IMG/VR virus record: IMGVR_UViG_3300005663_000110
Location: 1 to 39,898 of that record
Source of the DNA: a virus
Taxonomy: Duplodnaviria; Caudoviricetes
Length of the DNA stretch: 39,898 bases
Strand: one strand, 5' to 3'
Part shown: in pieces, positions 26,216 to 35,900 of the stretch
Layout: each line of letters begins with the position of its first letter
How positions within the stretch are numbered: position 1 is the first letter of the stretch
Program-made: the position numbers and the translations under genes
The notes under the pieces: model-generated
Told to the model about the DNA's origin: nothing
The model's input: only the letters and a program-made list of their open reading frames with translations
The model's database searches: none

Positions 26216-26998
26216 GTGCCAAAATGTGAACGAGAAGAATGGTTTAAAGCCATAATGACAGACGGTGGTGTGGGTACCACCAAGGAGAGCGAGCTACCCC
26301 AGATAGTAGGGTCGTTCTTAATGCAGGAATTGTACGACGATACAAGCGGTACGTTTCAGGATTGTTCAGAGTACAATGAAACAATTACTGGTTATCTCGT
26401 GCTCGTAGGTAAAGAAGGTCAGGACCTGCTCAACTGCGATCAGGCTAAAAAAGTATTTGACTGGGATGGCCAGTCATTTGCCGACCTCGATGCCAAACTC
26501 ATCGAAGCAGTTAATAATAAGCAGATTGTATTGATCCACTGCGAAAATGACACCTACAAGGACAAGACCAGCTTGAAAGTACAATGGATTGATACTGGTG
26601 ATGCACAGCCAGGTGGCTCGATCAAGAAACTCGACAGCAGTGAGCTCAAGAAACTCGACGCTAGGTTCAAGAGAAAAGCCAAGCCTAAAGCTGCTACCGC
26701 TGCTAAACCTGCTGCTAAACCTGCTGCTAAGGCCAAGCCAACGACTCCTAAGAAACCAGTTACTCCTAAGAAAGCTGCACCGGCGAAGGCTGAAGCTGCA
26801 CCAGGATCATGCAGTAAAGACGATGTTTGGGAGTTTGTATGCAACGAAGAGCTCTGGAATGAAGGTGTAACGATAGACACCGTGAGCGAAGCGTGGACTC
26901 AGGCTATCGAAGAGATGGGACCTGATGAGGATAAGTTCTCAGTCGAGGACTGGTTCGTAATCAGGGACGCTATCTGCAAAAAAGTATTTGCATTCTAA
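26216..26998 (+). CDS. putative single-stranded DNA-binding protein with Pro/Ala/Lys-rich linker
   Basis: follows exonuclease and Sak4-like genes; beta-rich N-domain; PAAK repeats; AAGGAG RBS with GTG. Confidence 0.55.
   Translation: MPKCEREEWFKAIMTDGGVGTTKESELPQIVGSFLMQELYDDTSGTFQDCSEYNETITGYLVLVGKEGQDLLNCDQAKKVFDWDGQSFADLDAKLIEAVNNKQIVLIHCENDTYKDKTSLKVQWIDTGDAQPGGSIKKLDSSELKKLDARFKRKAKPKAATAAKPAAKPAAKAKPTTPKKPVTPKKAAPAKAEAAPGSCSKDDVWEFVCNEELWNEGVTIDTVSEAWTQAIEEMGPDEDKFSVEDWFVIRDAICKKVFAF
26699..26730 (+). repeat. 12-bp coding tandem repeat (PAAK)
   Basis: GCTGCTAAACCT repeated about 2.7 times. Confidence 0.7.
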
Positions 26999-27008
26999 AA
27001 GATCACGT

Positions 27009-27050
27009 GGTCCTGGGTAGTATATATACTTCCCAGGATCGTATTTTATT
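27009..27050 (+). terminator. putative intrinsic terminator
   Basis: GGTCCTGGG/CCCAGGATC stem enclosing AGTATATATACT, followed by GTATTTTATT. Confidence 0.65.
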
Positions 27051-27074
27051 AACCCTTATTTAACAGGAGATATT

Positions 27075-27389
27075 ATGTCGTACGAAGATCAGGACAAAAA
27101 AGAAGATGACCAGTTGGATGGCAACAAGGCAAGTAAAAGGAGCTCTAAGAGCTTCGCGGTTGGCGGTGTCGGACAAGAAAAGCCCACGAGCGTAGAAGAT
27201 GGTCACGCAACAGCATCTGAAGGGGCAGTTGAAGATCAGTTTAAGGGAGAAGAGCCGGCTCAGTTCGATGACAGTGGCAACATCATTCTACTCGATCCTG
27301 ATGAGCCAACGATGTCAGTAGTAGTAGCCAAGGTTAATGCTATCGTACACATCTGCAATAAGATTATCAGGGTCTACAACAACAGCTAG
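27075..27389 (+). CDS. acidic low-complexity protein, in frame with the primase gene
   Basis: AGGAG RBS; its TAG directly abuts the primase ATG. Confidence 0.7.
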   Translation: MSYEDQDKKEDDQLDGNKASKRSSKSFAVGGVGQEKPTSVEDGHATASEGAVEDQFKGEEPAQFDDSGNIILLDPDEPTMSVVVAKVNAIVHICNKIIRVYNNS

Positions 27390-29669
27390 ATGTCACAAAA
27401 ACCAAAAGCAGCATTAGCCGATCAGCATGACACATACCGGGGCAATATGTTCCCCGGTATGTTTGTCTTGCTATCTGAACAACTGGGGGTCAGCGAGGAA
27501 TCGCTTGTCCGACTGGGCTTGGGGTACAATCCAGCTAGAAACTGCTGGGTTTTCCCTGAGCGTGATGCAACCGGTGAGATAGTAGGACTAACATACCGGG
27601 CCCACGATGGGTCGAAGTTTATGGAACCAGGTAGCAAGAGAGGACTGACTTATGCGTTCAACCAAGATTTTGAAGTTGGCGAACGGAGATATTCAAGTGG
27701 AAAACACAACTGGATTAGAGTCGCCGAGGCTGGTGTGCTATGTCCTGTCTGTGGACGACCCGATTGGTGCCTCGTGTCTCGGGACGATCCAGCAGACCCC
27801 GCAGCAGTTACCTGCACCCGGAATTCTGGAGGTTCTAAACGCGAACTCAAAAACGGTTATCTACACATACTTAAAGATTCCGGCAACCTTGGCGGCAGAG
27901 GTCGAGTCATCTGTGATTCAGAACTTCCTGTTCTCATCGTCGAAGGTCAGACTGATACTGCGGCTGCTTTGGATATGGGTTTTGAAGCCGTTGGTAGACC
28001 TTCTGCTATCTGCAATACAAGCGAGCTTGAGAAAGTTGTCAACGGCAAAGACGTAATAATCATTGGGGAGAACGACGAGACCGTTGGCATCCCTGGCATG
28101 GAAAAAACGTTTATAAACCTGGAGGGTAAATGCAAATCGGTAATTAAGATTCTGCCGCCTGATGGATCGAAAGATTTACGGTCATGGAAAAACCGATTCG
28201 ATCTCACTGCCGATCAGTTCCTTGAGTACGTAGAAGAACACGGTGATAAAGGCGTACCCTCTGATATACTACCTGATGCTACTGGTATAACAATCGCAAA
28301 GGCATGGATACAACGAGAGCGTACAGTGGATGGATACCCGACAGTGCGTAGTTATAAAAATACGTGGGTAGAGTTTAATGATGGTAAGTATAAGCTCGTA
28401 GAAAAGGAGATTCTACGTGGTGAGGTCTATAGATTCTTGGACGATAAATTCTATGTCAATGAGACTAAGCAGGTAAAAGAGATCGTACCGTTCAAATCCA
28501 GTAGCAGGTTGGTATCGGACGTGCTCGACGCTTTGTATTACTTTGGCCCGATAACCAAGGACCCACCGCTATGGCTAAAGCATAATCGCAGTTTACCTAA
28601 CCCAGTCGATCTGATACCATTTAAAAATGGCATACTCGACGTAAGAAAGTATCTGGATGGCGAGATCGAACTGTACGATACCACACCGAACCTGTTTACG
28701 TTTACCGCGATACCTTATGAGTTTAATCCCGATCAGGAATCCTCGATGTGGCTGGATTATCTCGACGATATATTCGATGGTGACGAAGAGAAGATAAATC
28801 TGCTTCAAGAATGGTTTGGTTATAACCTGGTTCCTGATATGAGCTACGAGAAATTGATGATGTTTATAGGCCGGCCACGTTCGGGTAAAGGTACTGTGCT
28901 TCATGCACTTTCAGCTATGCTGGGCAACGAGCAGGTGTGCAGCACAAGTTTTAAGTCTCTGTGTGGGGATTTTGGATACGAGCCACTGATCGGGAAGTTA
29001 GCTGCTTTGCTGGGCGATGCTAAGGTTCCACGCAGTGCTGATTCTGCTCAGGCCCTGGAAAAGATATTGCAAATAACTGGTGCTGATCCGGTAGGAGTGA
29101 ATCGCAAAGGGGTACGAGCTCTGCCCCAGGTATACCTGTCATGTCGATTCACAATGGCGATGAACTTGCTGCCAAACCTACCGGATCAGGCCAATGCTCT
29201 GGAACCACGTACTAATCTGATATACTTTAGCAACAGTTATATAGGTAGAGAGGACCGGACTTTAAAACGTAGGCTACAGAATGAGGCATCGGCTATAGTT
29301 CCCTGGGCACTGGAGGGCCTTAGACGGCTCAGGACGACCACGGAGTTTACTGTCCCTGAGACATCGGCTAAGACAATGGATGATCTCAGAACCATGACCA
29401 CACCTGCTTATAGCTTCGTAAAGGAATGTTGTGTTGCTGAGGGTGAGAACCTGGTGGTACAGCAGGATCAGGTATTTGATGCGTGGGTGGTGTTCTGTGC
29501 CAGTCGTAATATGCGAGCCGGATTTAGGCCGTCGTTTTCTCAAATGCTAATGAGCGTGTGTCCTAATGTGATGACGGATACTATTATAGATAAGAACCGG
29601 AGCATACCCGTGTATCGGGGTATAGAATTGTGTGAGTGGGTTGTTAAAGAAGTTTTAGGGAGGCCATAA
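27390..29669 (+). CDS. TOPRIM primase fused to SF3 (D5/P4-like) helicase
   Basis: VLIVEGQTD and GEND (TOPRIM); CPVCG..DWC zinc finger; 'FKNGILD', 'LLQEWFGY', Walker A GRPRSGKGT. Confidence 0.9.
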   Translation: MSQKPKAALADQHDTYRGNMFPGMFVLLSEQLGVSEESLVRLGLGYNPARNCWVFPERDATGEIVGLTYRAHDGSKFMEPGSKRGLTYAFNQDFEVGERRYSSGKHNWIRVAEAGVLCPVCGRPDWCLVSRDDPADPAAVTCTRNSGGSKRELKNGYLHILKDSGNLGGRGRVICDSELPVLIVEGQTDTAAALDMGFEAVGRPSAICNTSELEKVVNGKDVIIIGENDETVGIPGMEKTFINLEGKCKSVIKILPPDGSKDLRSWKNRFDLTADQFLEYVEEHGDKGVPSDILPDATGITIAKAWIQRERTVDGYPTVRSYKNTWVEFNDGKYKLVEKEILRGEVYRFLDDKFYVNETKQVKEIVPFKSSSRLVSDVLDALYYFGPITKDPPLWLKHNRSLPNPVDLIPFKNGILDVRKYLDGEIELYDTTPNLFTFTAIPYEFNPDQESSMWLDYLDDIFDGDEEKINLLQEWFGYNLVPDMSYEKLMMFIGRPRSGKGTVLHALSAMLGNEQVCSTSFKSLCGDFGYEPLIGKLAALLGDAKVPRSADSAQALEKILQITGADPVGVNRKGVRALPQVYLSCRFTMAMNLLPNLPDQANALEPRTNLIYFSNSYIGREDRTLKRRLQNEASAIVPWALEGLRRLRTTTEFTVPETSAKTMDDLRTMTTPAYSFVKECCVAEGENLVVQQDQVFDAWVVFCASRNMRAGFRPSFSQMLMSVCPNVMTDTIIDKNRSIPVYRGIELCEWVVKEVLGRP

Positions 29670-29670
29670 G

Positions 29671-29835
29671 ATGCTATACTTAGAGTATCACAGTTTAGAT
29701 CAGTGTAGATGGGACGCTTGGATATTTCATGCCTGGAGCTTCCGTAACAGATTTGGTTTCAATGAATGTGGCCTGAGAATATTCGACTGGGCTATTTCTA
29801 ATTTTAAAGAGAACAAATCTAACTCGGGGGCGTAG
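29671..29835 (+). CDS. hypothetical protein (54 aa)
   Basis: GGAGG RBS; fills gap. Confidence 0.5.
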   Translation: MLYLEYHSLDQCRWDAWIFHAWSFRNRFGFNECGLRIFDWAISNFKENKSNSGA

Positions 29836-29842
29836 TATAGAT

Positions 29843-30085
29843 ATGGATATTATAACAACCTTAGTAGCAGCCATAAAAGAACAGGAAGCGTCCTCTAAAA
29901 AGAACGTGGATAATCTAAAGCATCAGCTTGATTGTGAACTGGATAAACAGATGGTACCTTTTGGCAAGATAAAGACTATTCTAAGATTACTAGGTTCACA
30001 TAGTTCACATAGTTCACATAGTTCTTCAACCACTGCGTATCAGTTGGTACAAATGATCGAGGCCGACTTAATTAAAGGAGCGTAG
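29843..30085 (+). CDS. hypothetical protein
   Basis: 80 aa; contains SHS repeat. Confidence 0.6.
   Translation: MDIITTLVAAIKEQEASSKKNVDNLKHQLDCELDKQMVPFGKIKTILRLLGSHSSHSSHSSSTTAYQLVQMIEADLIKGA
29994..30024 (+). repeat. perfect 9-bp tandem repeat
   Basis: GTTCACATA x3 plus GTTC. Confidence 0.9.
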
Positions 30086-30093
30086 TAGATAAT

Positions 30094-30333
30094 ATGAAAG
30101 ATAGAGAAAAGTTTAGAAAATATCGGGGGGCCAAGCACACGTGCTATTCTAAGAATAAAAAGAACGCCTGGGTTATACGAGAGAAAACTTACTGGCTATG
30201 TAATAGTATATTCTGGAGTTTTGTCCTGGGGCTAGTGATCTTAGCATTATGTATACTATTATCAGGATGCTCCCAGGAAATGGGATCACGATATGAACTT
30301 CATATCATAGATTTAGTGGAGATACTGCAATGA
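30094..30333 (+). CDS. small membrane protein with lipobox-like LSGC
   Basis: basic N-terminus, hydrophobic helix ending LLSGC. Confidence 0.6.
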   Translation: MKDREKFRKYRGAKHTCYSKNKKNAWVIREKTYWLCNSIFWSFVLGLVILALCILLSGCSQEMGSRYELHIIDLVEILQ

Positions 30334-31118
30334 GCAAGTACCCACCGTTAGATGTGGAGAGGATTACCAGGGAACTGTATAGCCCGTTTCCTGCTGATAT
30401 ACCAATTAGGATAAAAAACTGGACATCAATTTACAAACCGGAGGCCAAAATAATGAGCAAATTCATGGATAAACTATTGAAGCGTAAACGCGAGAAGATC
30501 GTGCCATACGAAGAGATCAGAGACTCGCTTCAGACTTTCGACATAATTAACTGCGTACCATCAGGTGGATTACTGGGATGGCTCTGGGCTCTGATAGGCC
30601 ACACTGCCATGGTCTATGTATGCAAAGCTACCAGTCAGGTTATGGTGTACGAGTCCACGCAGACAGGCCGCGGGGATAATAAATCAGGTGTTCAACTTCG
30701 TCCGATGCGAGAGTGGGTGGAGAACTATAAGGGTAAGATTTATATCAGCCAGACCGAGATCATCGGTGATACTCTACGCTGCATAGCGGAAGATAGATGC
30801 GGGTGTCATATCAGAAAGTATCGCGGCACGGCATATCCGAACCTGAAGAAAGCCAAGGGTCTGTGGTTTGTCATCAACTCTGCTATCGACTTACCGTTCG
30901 ATACAGGACTAGAAAATCCTGATGTAGACTTCTGGTTCTTCTGTACGCATTTAATCGGTGACGTATTCAGGTGGTGCCTGCTTATCAGTGATGCTTATAA
31001 ACTTAACCCGGCGGAGTTAGAACCTGATGATACCAGGAAAAACTTTTATGGAGTGAGCAAGTTTGAGAAGAGCATGAGGCCAAGTGTGAGTTCTAAAGTA
31101 GAGATTAGGATTAAATAA
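30330..31118 (+). CDS. permuted papain-like (YiiX/YebB NlpC/P60) amidase
   Basis: 'LQTFDII', GHTAMV (His first), YES, GVQLRP, later FFCTHL (Cys); alternative start ATG 30453 with GGAGG. Confidence 0.8.
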   Translation: MSKYPPLDVERITRELYSPFPADIPIRIKNWTSIYKPEAKIMSKFMDKLLKRKREKIVPYEEIRDSLQTFDIINCVPSGGLLGWLWALIGHTAMVYVCKATSQVMVYESTQTGRGDNKSGVQLRPMREWVENYKGKIYISQTEIIGDTLRCIAEDRCGCHIRKYRGTAYPNLKKAKGLWFVINSAIDLPFDTGLENPDVDFWFFCTHLIGDVFRWCLLISDAYKLNPAELEPDDTRKNFYGVSKFEKSMRPSVSSKVEIRIK

Positions 31119-31774
31119 TGCCCCGATGTAATCTTAGAACTCGTAATGATATAGTAAAGTTCGTAGAGGACTATCCACCACTACCACGGATAGGCAGAGC
31201 TATTGTGATGGGTGAGACTGAGTTACTAGGTGGGTTTACTGATACCGGGTTTGGACCTGGCTGGATACTCAGAGTGACATCGCCGCATAAAGTATCGTGG
31301 AACGTTGTTATATCTCCGCAGGGAATGGGTAGTGCTATCCTTAGAATAACCAACAGGATACGATGGAAAAACTGGTCCGGTAAAATAGATCGTGAAGTTC
31401 CGAGTATCTACGATGGTGATAATCCTACGAAATATATGGAGGCTAAGATGAAAGCCAGTGATATAGAGATATGTAATATTAGTAGCAAGAACAATATTAT
31501 TCTGTTCGACTACGACGTTCGTGTGGATCGTGAGAGTCCACTTGGTAATCCATTTCCTATGGGCGGTGTTAACACGAGGGATGTGGTATGCGACAAGTAC
31601 GCAACGTGGCTAAAGAATCTTACCTCATCCGGTCCGGCTGTGAAGGTGCTGGATGAGCTTTTAAGGCTACAGGAGCTCTATAAGAAGCATGGTAAGCTTA
31701 GACTGTTCTGCTGGTGTGCCCCTAAACGATGTCATGCTGAAACTATCAGATTGTACATTCTAGGAGAACTCTGA
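31118..31774 (+). CDS. DUF4326 domain protein with N-terminal extension
   Basis: VDRESPLGNPF...R..VC..Y...LFCWCAPKRCHA. Confidence 0.8.
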   Translation: MPRCNLRTRNDIVKFVEDYPPLPRIGRAIVMGETELLGGFTDTGFGPGWILRVTSPHKVSWNVVISPQGMGSAILRITNRIRWKNWSGKIDREVPSIYDGDNPTKYMEAKMKASDIEICNISSKNNIILFDYDVRVDRESPLGNPFPMGGVNTRDVVCDKYATWLKNLTSSGPAVKVLDELLRLQELYKKHGKLRLFCWCAPKRCHAETIRLYILGEL

Positions 31775-32157
31775 TGCAACCAAAACCTGATGCAGTGATG
31801 TTCTCACTGGCTGAGATAAAACGGGCCAAGAATAAACTAGACCTGGCGTTCGCTTCAGCTATAAATCTGATAGGATACCTTGAAGAGATCGCCAAGGGTA
31901 GGATTAGACGTGGCGAATCCCGTGGCGTAACAGAGAAGTATGATTTCTTGAGACTCTGTGATGTCGGTAAGTTCGTAGCCGAGCTAGAAGGCGGCAAGCC
32001 TACCACCAGGCAAACTATCTATCGGTGGATTAGGAAGGGTCGTCAGGATGGTGAGGGTAAATGGATCAAGCTGAACTGGCTACGCAGAGAGGGTAAACGT
32101 GGATGCACGAAATTTCAGATCAGGAAGTTTTTAGAACTCACTAAGGATAAATGGTAA
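31774..32157 (+). CDS. putative excisionase/MerR-like HTH DNA-binding protein
   Basis: 'TRQTIYRWIRKG'; AGGAG RBS. Confidence 0.6.
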   Translation: MQPKPDAVMFSLAEIKRAKNKLDLAFASAINLIGYLEEIAKGRIRRGESRGVTEKYDFLRLCDVGKFVAELEGGKPTTRQTIYRWIRKGRQDGEGKWIKLNWLRREGKRGCTKFQIRKFLELTKDKW

Positions 32158-32465
32158 TGAACAGTGCAGAGTTAAGAAGAATAGCAGAGCTAGACCTTCA
32201 CGTAAATAGGCTGCTTGATGACAAAGCTGAGATGCGTGACGAGCAACTCAGGTTAAATGGTGAACTGATTAAGCTTCGGGGTACTTTTTTAGCCTGTGAA
32301 ATGTATCTAACCAGAGTGGCATTTCAGGGTGCCAAAGCTGTAAAACAACTGGAGCGTGGCCTTACTTATAATACTATCAAGACTGCTTTTATAACAGCCG
32401 GTGGTACCATGCCAGAGATCGTAGAACCTAAGCCGATAGAGCATAATCAGGAGATTACGATATGA
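32151..32465 (+). CDS. hypothetical coiled-coil protein
   Basis: 104 aa, coupled to neighbours. Confidence 0.6.
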   Translation: MVMNSAELRRIAELDLHVNRLLDDKAEMRDEQLRLNGELIKLRGTFLACEMYLTRVAFQGAKAVKQLERGLTYNTIKTAFITAGGTMPEIVEPKPIEHNQEITI

Positions 32466-32686
32466 ACTACATCCTCATCCGATCAAATGGCCCGATGCTC
32501 AAGCTGCCCGATCTCGATAAGCCAGTTACTATTATCTGGATGAACAACGGAAACTGCGGGATCATCAGTGCTGATAAGGTCGAGAATCTTATGCAAATAG
32601 CCAACGATCATGCTGATAATAATGACAGGGTAACACCTAAGCTGGCTTTCTTCTGGGACGATGTTGAGGAAGTGAGGGAGATATAA
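32462..32686 (+). CDS. hypothetical protein
   Basis: 74 aa, AGGAG RBS. Confidence 0.6.
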   Translation: MNYILIRSNGPMLKLPDLDKPVTIIWMNNGNCGIISADKVENLMQIANDHADNNDRVTPKLAFFWDDVEEVREI

Positions 32687-32769
32687 TGGCTATTGCACGG
32701 GAAGAATTGCTTAGGCTAACCCAGCTACCCTATCTCCCTGATTTACCGAACTCACTACCATCTATACAA

Positions 32770-32988
32770 TCAGCTTGGCTTACCGAACAGCACGAAGCAA
32801 AGCTTCAGCCCACCACCCAGGACGACGATAGTAAAGAAGCTCCCTCCGATCCAGCATAACACTCTCTTGAATCCTTCGAGTCTATCCAGTCGTACAGTAG
32901 CAGGAGGTATGGCACTATTCCCGGTAAATATCCATTCGTGAATAGCTGTTACCATCTTTTCGATTCGCTCTTCTCTATCGGGTGCCAT
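32770..32988 (-). CDS. small single-pass membrane protein, possible holin/antiholin
   Basis: TAATG coupling to the giant gene; 'RLDRLE' then hydrophobic helix. Confidence 0.55.
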   Translation of the reverse strand: MAPDREERIEKMVTAIHEWIFTGNSAIPPATVRLDRLEGFKRVLCWIGGSFFTIVVLGGGLKLCFVLFGKPS

Positions 32989-35900
32989 TATCTTTTCCTT
33001 CTTCTTCCGGTTGTTCTGGTTCGTCTACCTTTGCCAGCGTTATTCTTAGATTCTAATGCCCACTCGCTGTAGATTAACCTACGCCAATCTTCCGTGTCAC
33101 CTTTGTATAAGTCAATAGAGCCTTCCACAAAATCTATCGGTGCATCGGGGATACGACCGGTAGCTGCTCCGATAGCACGGATTCCATGTTTTACTACGCC
33201 AGGTATATTCCTAGACTGTGCTGCTTTACCGAACTCGTCGAACGATATACCAGCTATGCTACTGAGTCCACCGTACCCGCGTATCGCACTGTCCACTACT
33301 CTGCCGGCTACGAATAATGATCCAAGCGGATAGGTTGCAAGATCGAATGCTACATCCCCCCAATCCTCTGGTGGTCCACCGCGACCAATAAATCCATAGG
33401 CCATGGCTGGAATAATATATGAGAACGCTATCCGGTGTGACATCAGGCCGATACCGATCTTCTTATTCTTAGCTTCGCCGAGAACGTTAACCCACCAGAA
33501 ATTACCGTTCTTATTAACCTGGTTCTGAAATGTCGTTAGAGTTTTTGCTACTGTACCGCCGCGGAAAAATGCCGGCAGGTCCTTAGCGTTTGCAGACGGC
33601 TGAGTTTTCCTGGTCCACTCGTCAGCATAGGCTAAAGCTTCAGTTTCATTTAACCTGGTCTTTACACCGTTGATATAGACACCTGATTTAGCTGAGTCAT
33701 ACAGGGATTTCCACGCTATGGTTGTGGTGTGCCTGTCCATCCATGATACCCATCCTAGAGCTTTCTCATCGAATACTTTATTACGCAGTATTTTATCTTT
33801 GGATGATTTCTTTATCCTTCTAAGATCACGGTCGAAACTACGATTACGCATCTGATCGGACCTGCTGAATACGAACTCTTCCATAGTTTTGTAGCCGCCG
33901 TCTTTGCCGAAACTTGCCAGGGCTATGTTCTTCGGTACCATGCTCATCATAGCAGGATCGACAGAAACAGCGTTGGACATCGAGAGTGTTTGCCTGGCTA
34001 CCGATGGAATTTTCCAGCCGATGGCGTACACGATACCATTCTTCCTGAGCCCTAGCATCAGACGATCTATGCTGGATGCCATGGATTTATTATCTACAGT
34101 AGGAGCAAAACCCATAGCAGTATGGCGAATCCAATCTTTAACCAGACCCACACCACGTCCATGGGTCTTGTCATTCAGGTTTTTCTTGAATCCCTTGTCG
34201 TTGAATATCTTACCCAGCTTCGATACCGTAGGTGCGAAGTGGATGTACCGTTCCACACGCGGCATGTTATACATGAACACATCGAACGCATTAATCCTTA
34301 CTGGCTGAGCCGCACCTTCGGTACGTTCCATAACTTCCTGCGGAGTGGTAAGAACAGGTACCTGATTCTTCTGGCCGACTGTATCTTCTGTGAACTGTGT
34401 CAGGAAATCAGTAGCTTCTTCAAGCTGACCTGATAGCGAATACAGTGGAAAATAATTTTTCTCTATCTTCATGTCCCTGCCGGCTGCTAAGAAGTATGAC
34501 TGGGCAAGTCGTTCACCCTGAGCTTTGTATTTGTCCATCATAAACTGGCCGATCTTCTTTTCCTGCTCAGTCATCAGGCCGATAGCTTCGTTTACAGCGG
34601 CTTCAGGATCAGCGAACTTTGCAAAATTACCACCGATCAGATGTCTCAAACCGTTAGGATTTTGACTTAGCATCCAGATACCGATCCGATCTCCAGGTGT
34701 TACACCCAACTGTTGCTCTTTTTGCAACTGTTGTTCTTCAGCCAGTAACGTAGCTGGTTCGGTCATCATGCGTTTAAGATCACGGGTACCAATTTCTTTA
34801 TTCATAAATGCTATCAGGTCCTCGATCTGTATATTACCGTCTACACCGGCAGCGGCATCGGCCTGATTCATAGGGTCCCAGAATGTCTTGGTAAATTCAG
34901 GACCCAGTGATGCAAAGATATTCTCTGGTAAGAGCAGTCCATCACGGTACCATGATAGACCTTGCTCTACTAATTGCTTGAGTGACCTGCCGCGATCCAC
35001 GCCGTCTATAAGTGTCTCCAACTGGCCAGTAGCGATCTTATCCAATGCGATGTTTAAGTCATCGGTTGCTAATTCTGTAGAATTAAGCGAGCTAACACGA
35101 TCAGCGTTAAATCTTTTGTCATTGGTTGTCCTAACATTGCCCTTCTTATCTACGCTGCGTACAGTTAGCGGACGCTCTACACCTTTGATCTTTACCCGCT
35201 GCCCGGCTACAGGTTTCTTAGAATTTATTGCCAATACGAGCTCGCTGATAAACGACGATACCTCAGCCTTATTCATCTGAGTTGTCGATCCTTTACCGGT
35301 AACTTTCTTAGCAAGGTCACTCTTAGCCTTACCATCCATACCTAACTGCTTGGATAGGATAGCTGCACGAGCTTTCTGTCCGTTAGCAGCAGGTTCTGCC
35401 GCCCATACTTCGGCTGCTACACGAGCACCCTCACCCTCAGCGGCGAAGAGTATCTTACCATCCGGCGATATAACTTTAGAGCTCGTAAACATACCACGCT
35501 CTTCACCGTCTATTATTAGATTTGTCGCAAAATCAACGGCTTGCTGTCCGTCTACTGCTTTACCCTGTGGGGGTTGGGCGAGAAACAGGGCTTCGTCTTT
35601 CACTTTGAACGCCACATTTTTGCCCATTCTATCCGTCGAAAAACTTACAGCATTAGGATTGCGTTGTTGAATAGCTTTAAGTTGGCTGGCAATAACTCCC
35701 ACATCAAGACCTGTTTCCTTTGACGTAGTATCATAATTAAGAAATCTAACTGCACCACTTGTTTTTGTTTTCCAAACATCCAATAATGATTCTGGTGTAC
35801 CGCTTGTGTCAGCAGGTATTACTGCTGGCAAATGAATAGCACTTTGAGTAACCTTTTTTCCTCCAACTGACTGAGTAGATTGAAAAACAGCACCCTTCCC

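Noticed and set aside
29994-30024. CRISPR array
   Set aside because: 9-bp tandem units with no spacers. No repeat-spacer array was seen anywhere in the window.
31774-32157. Integration module
   Set aside because: Excisionase-like HTH only. No integrase or att-like duplication was recognised.
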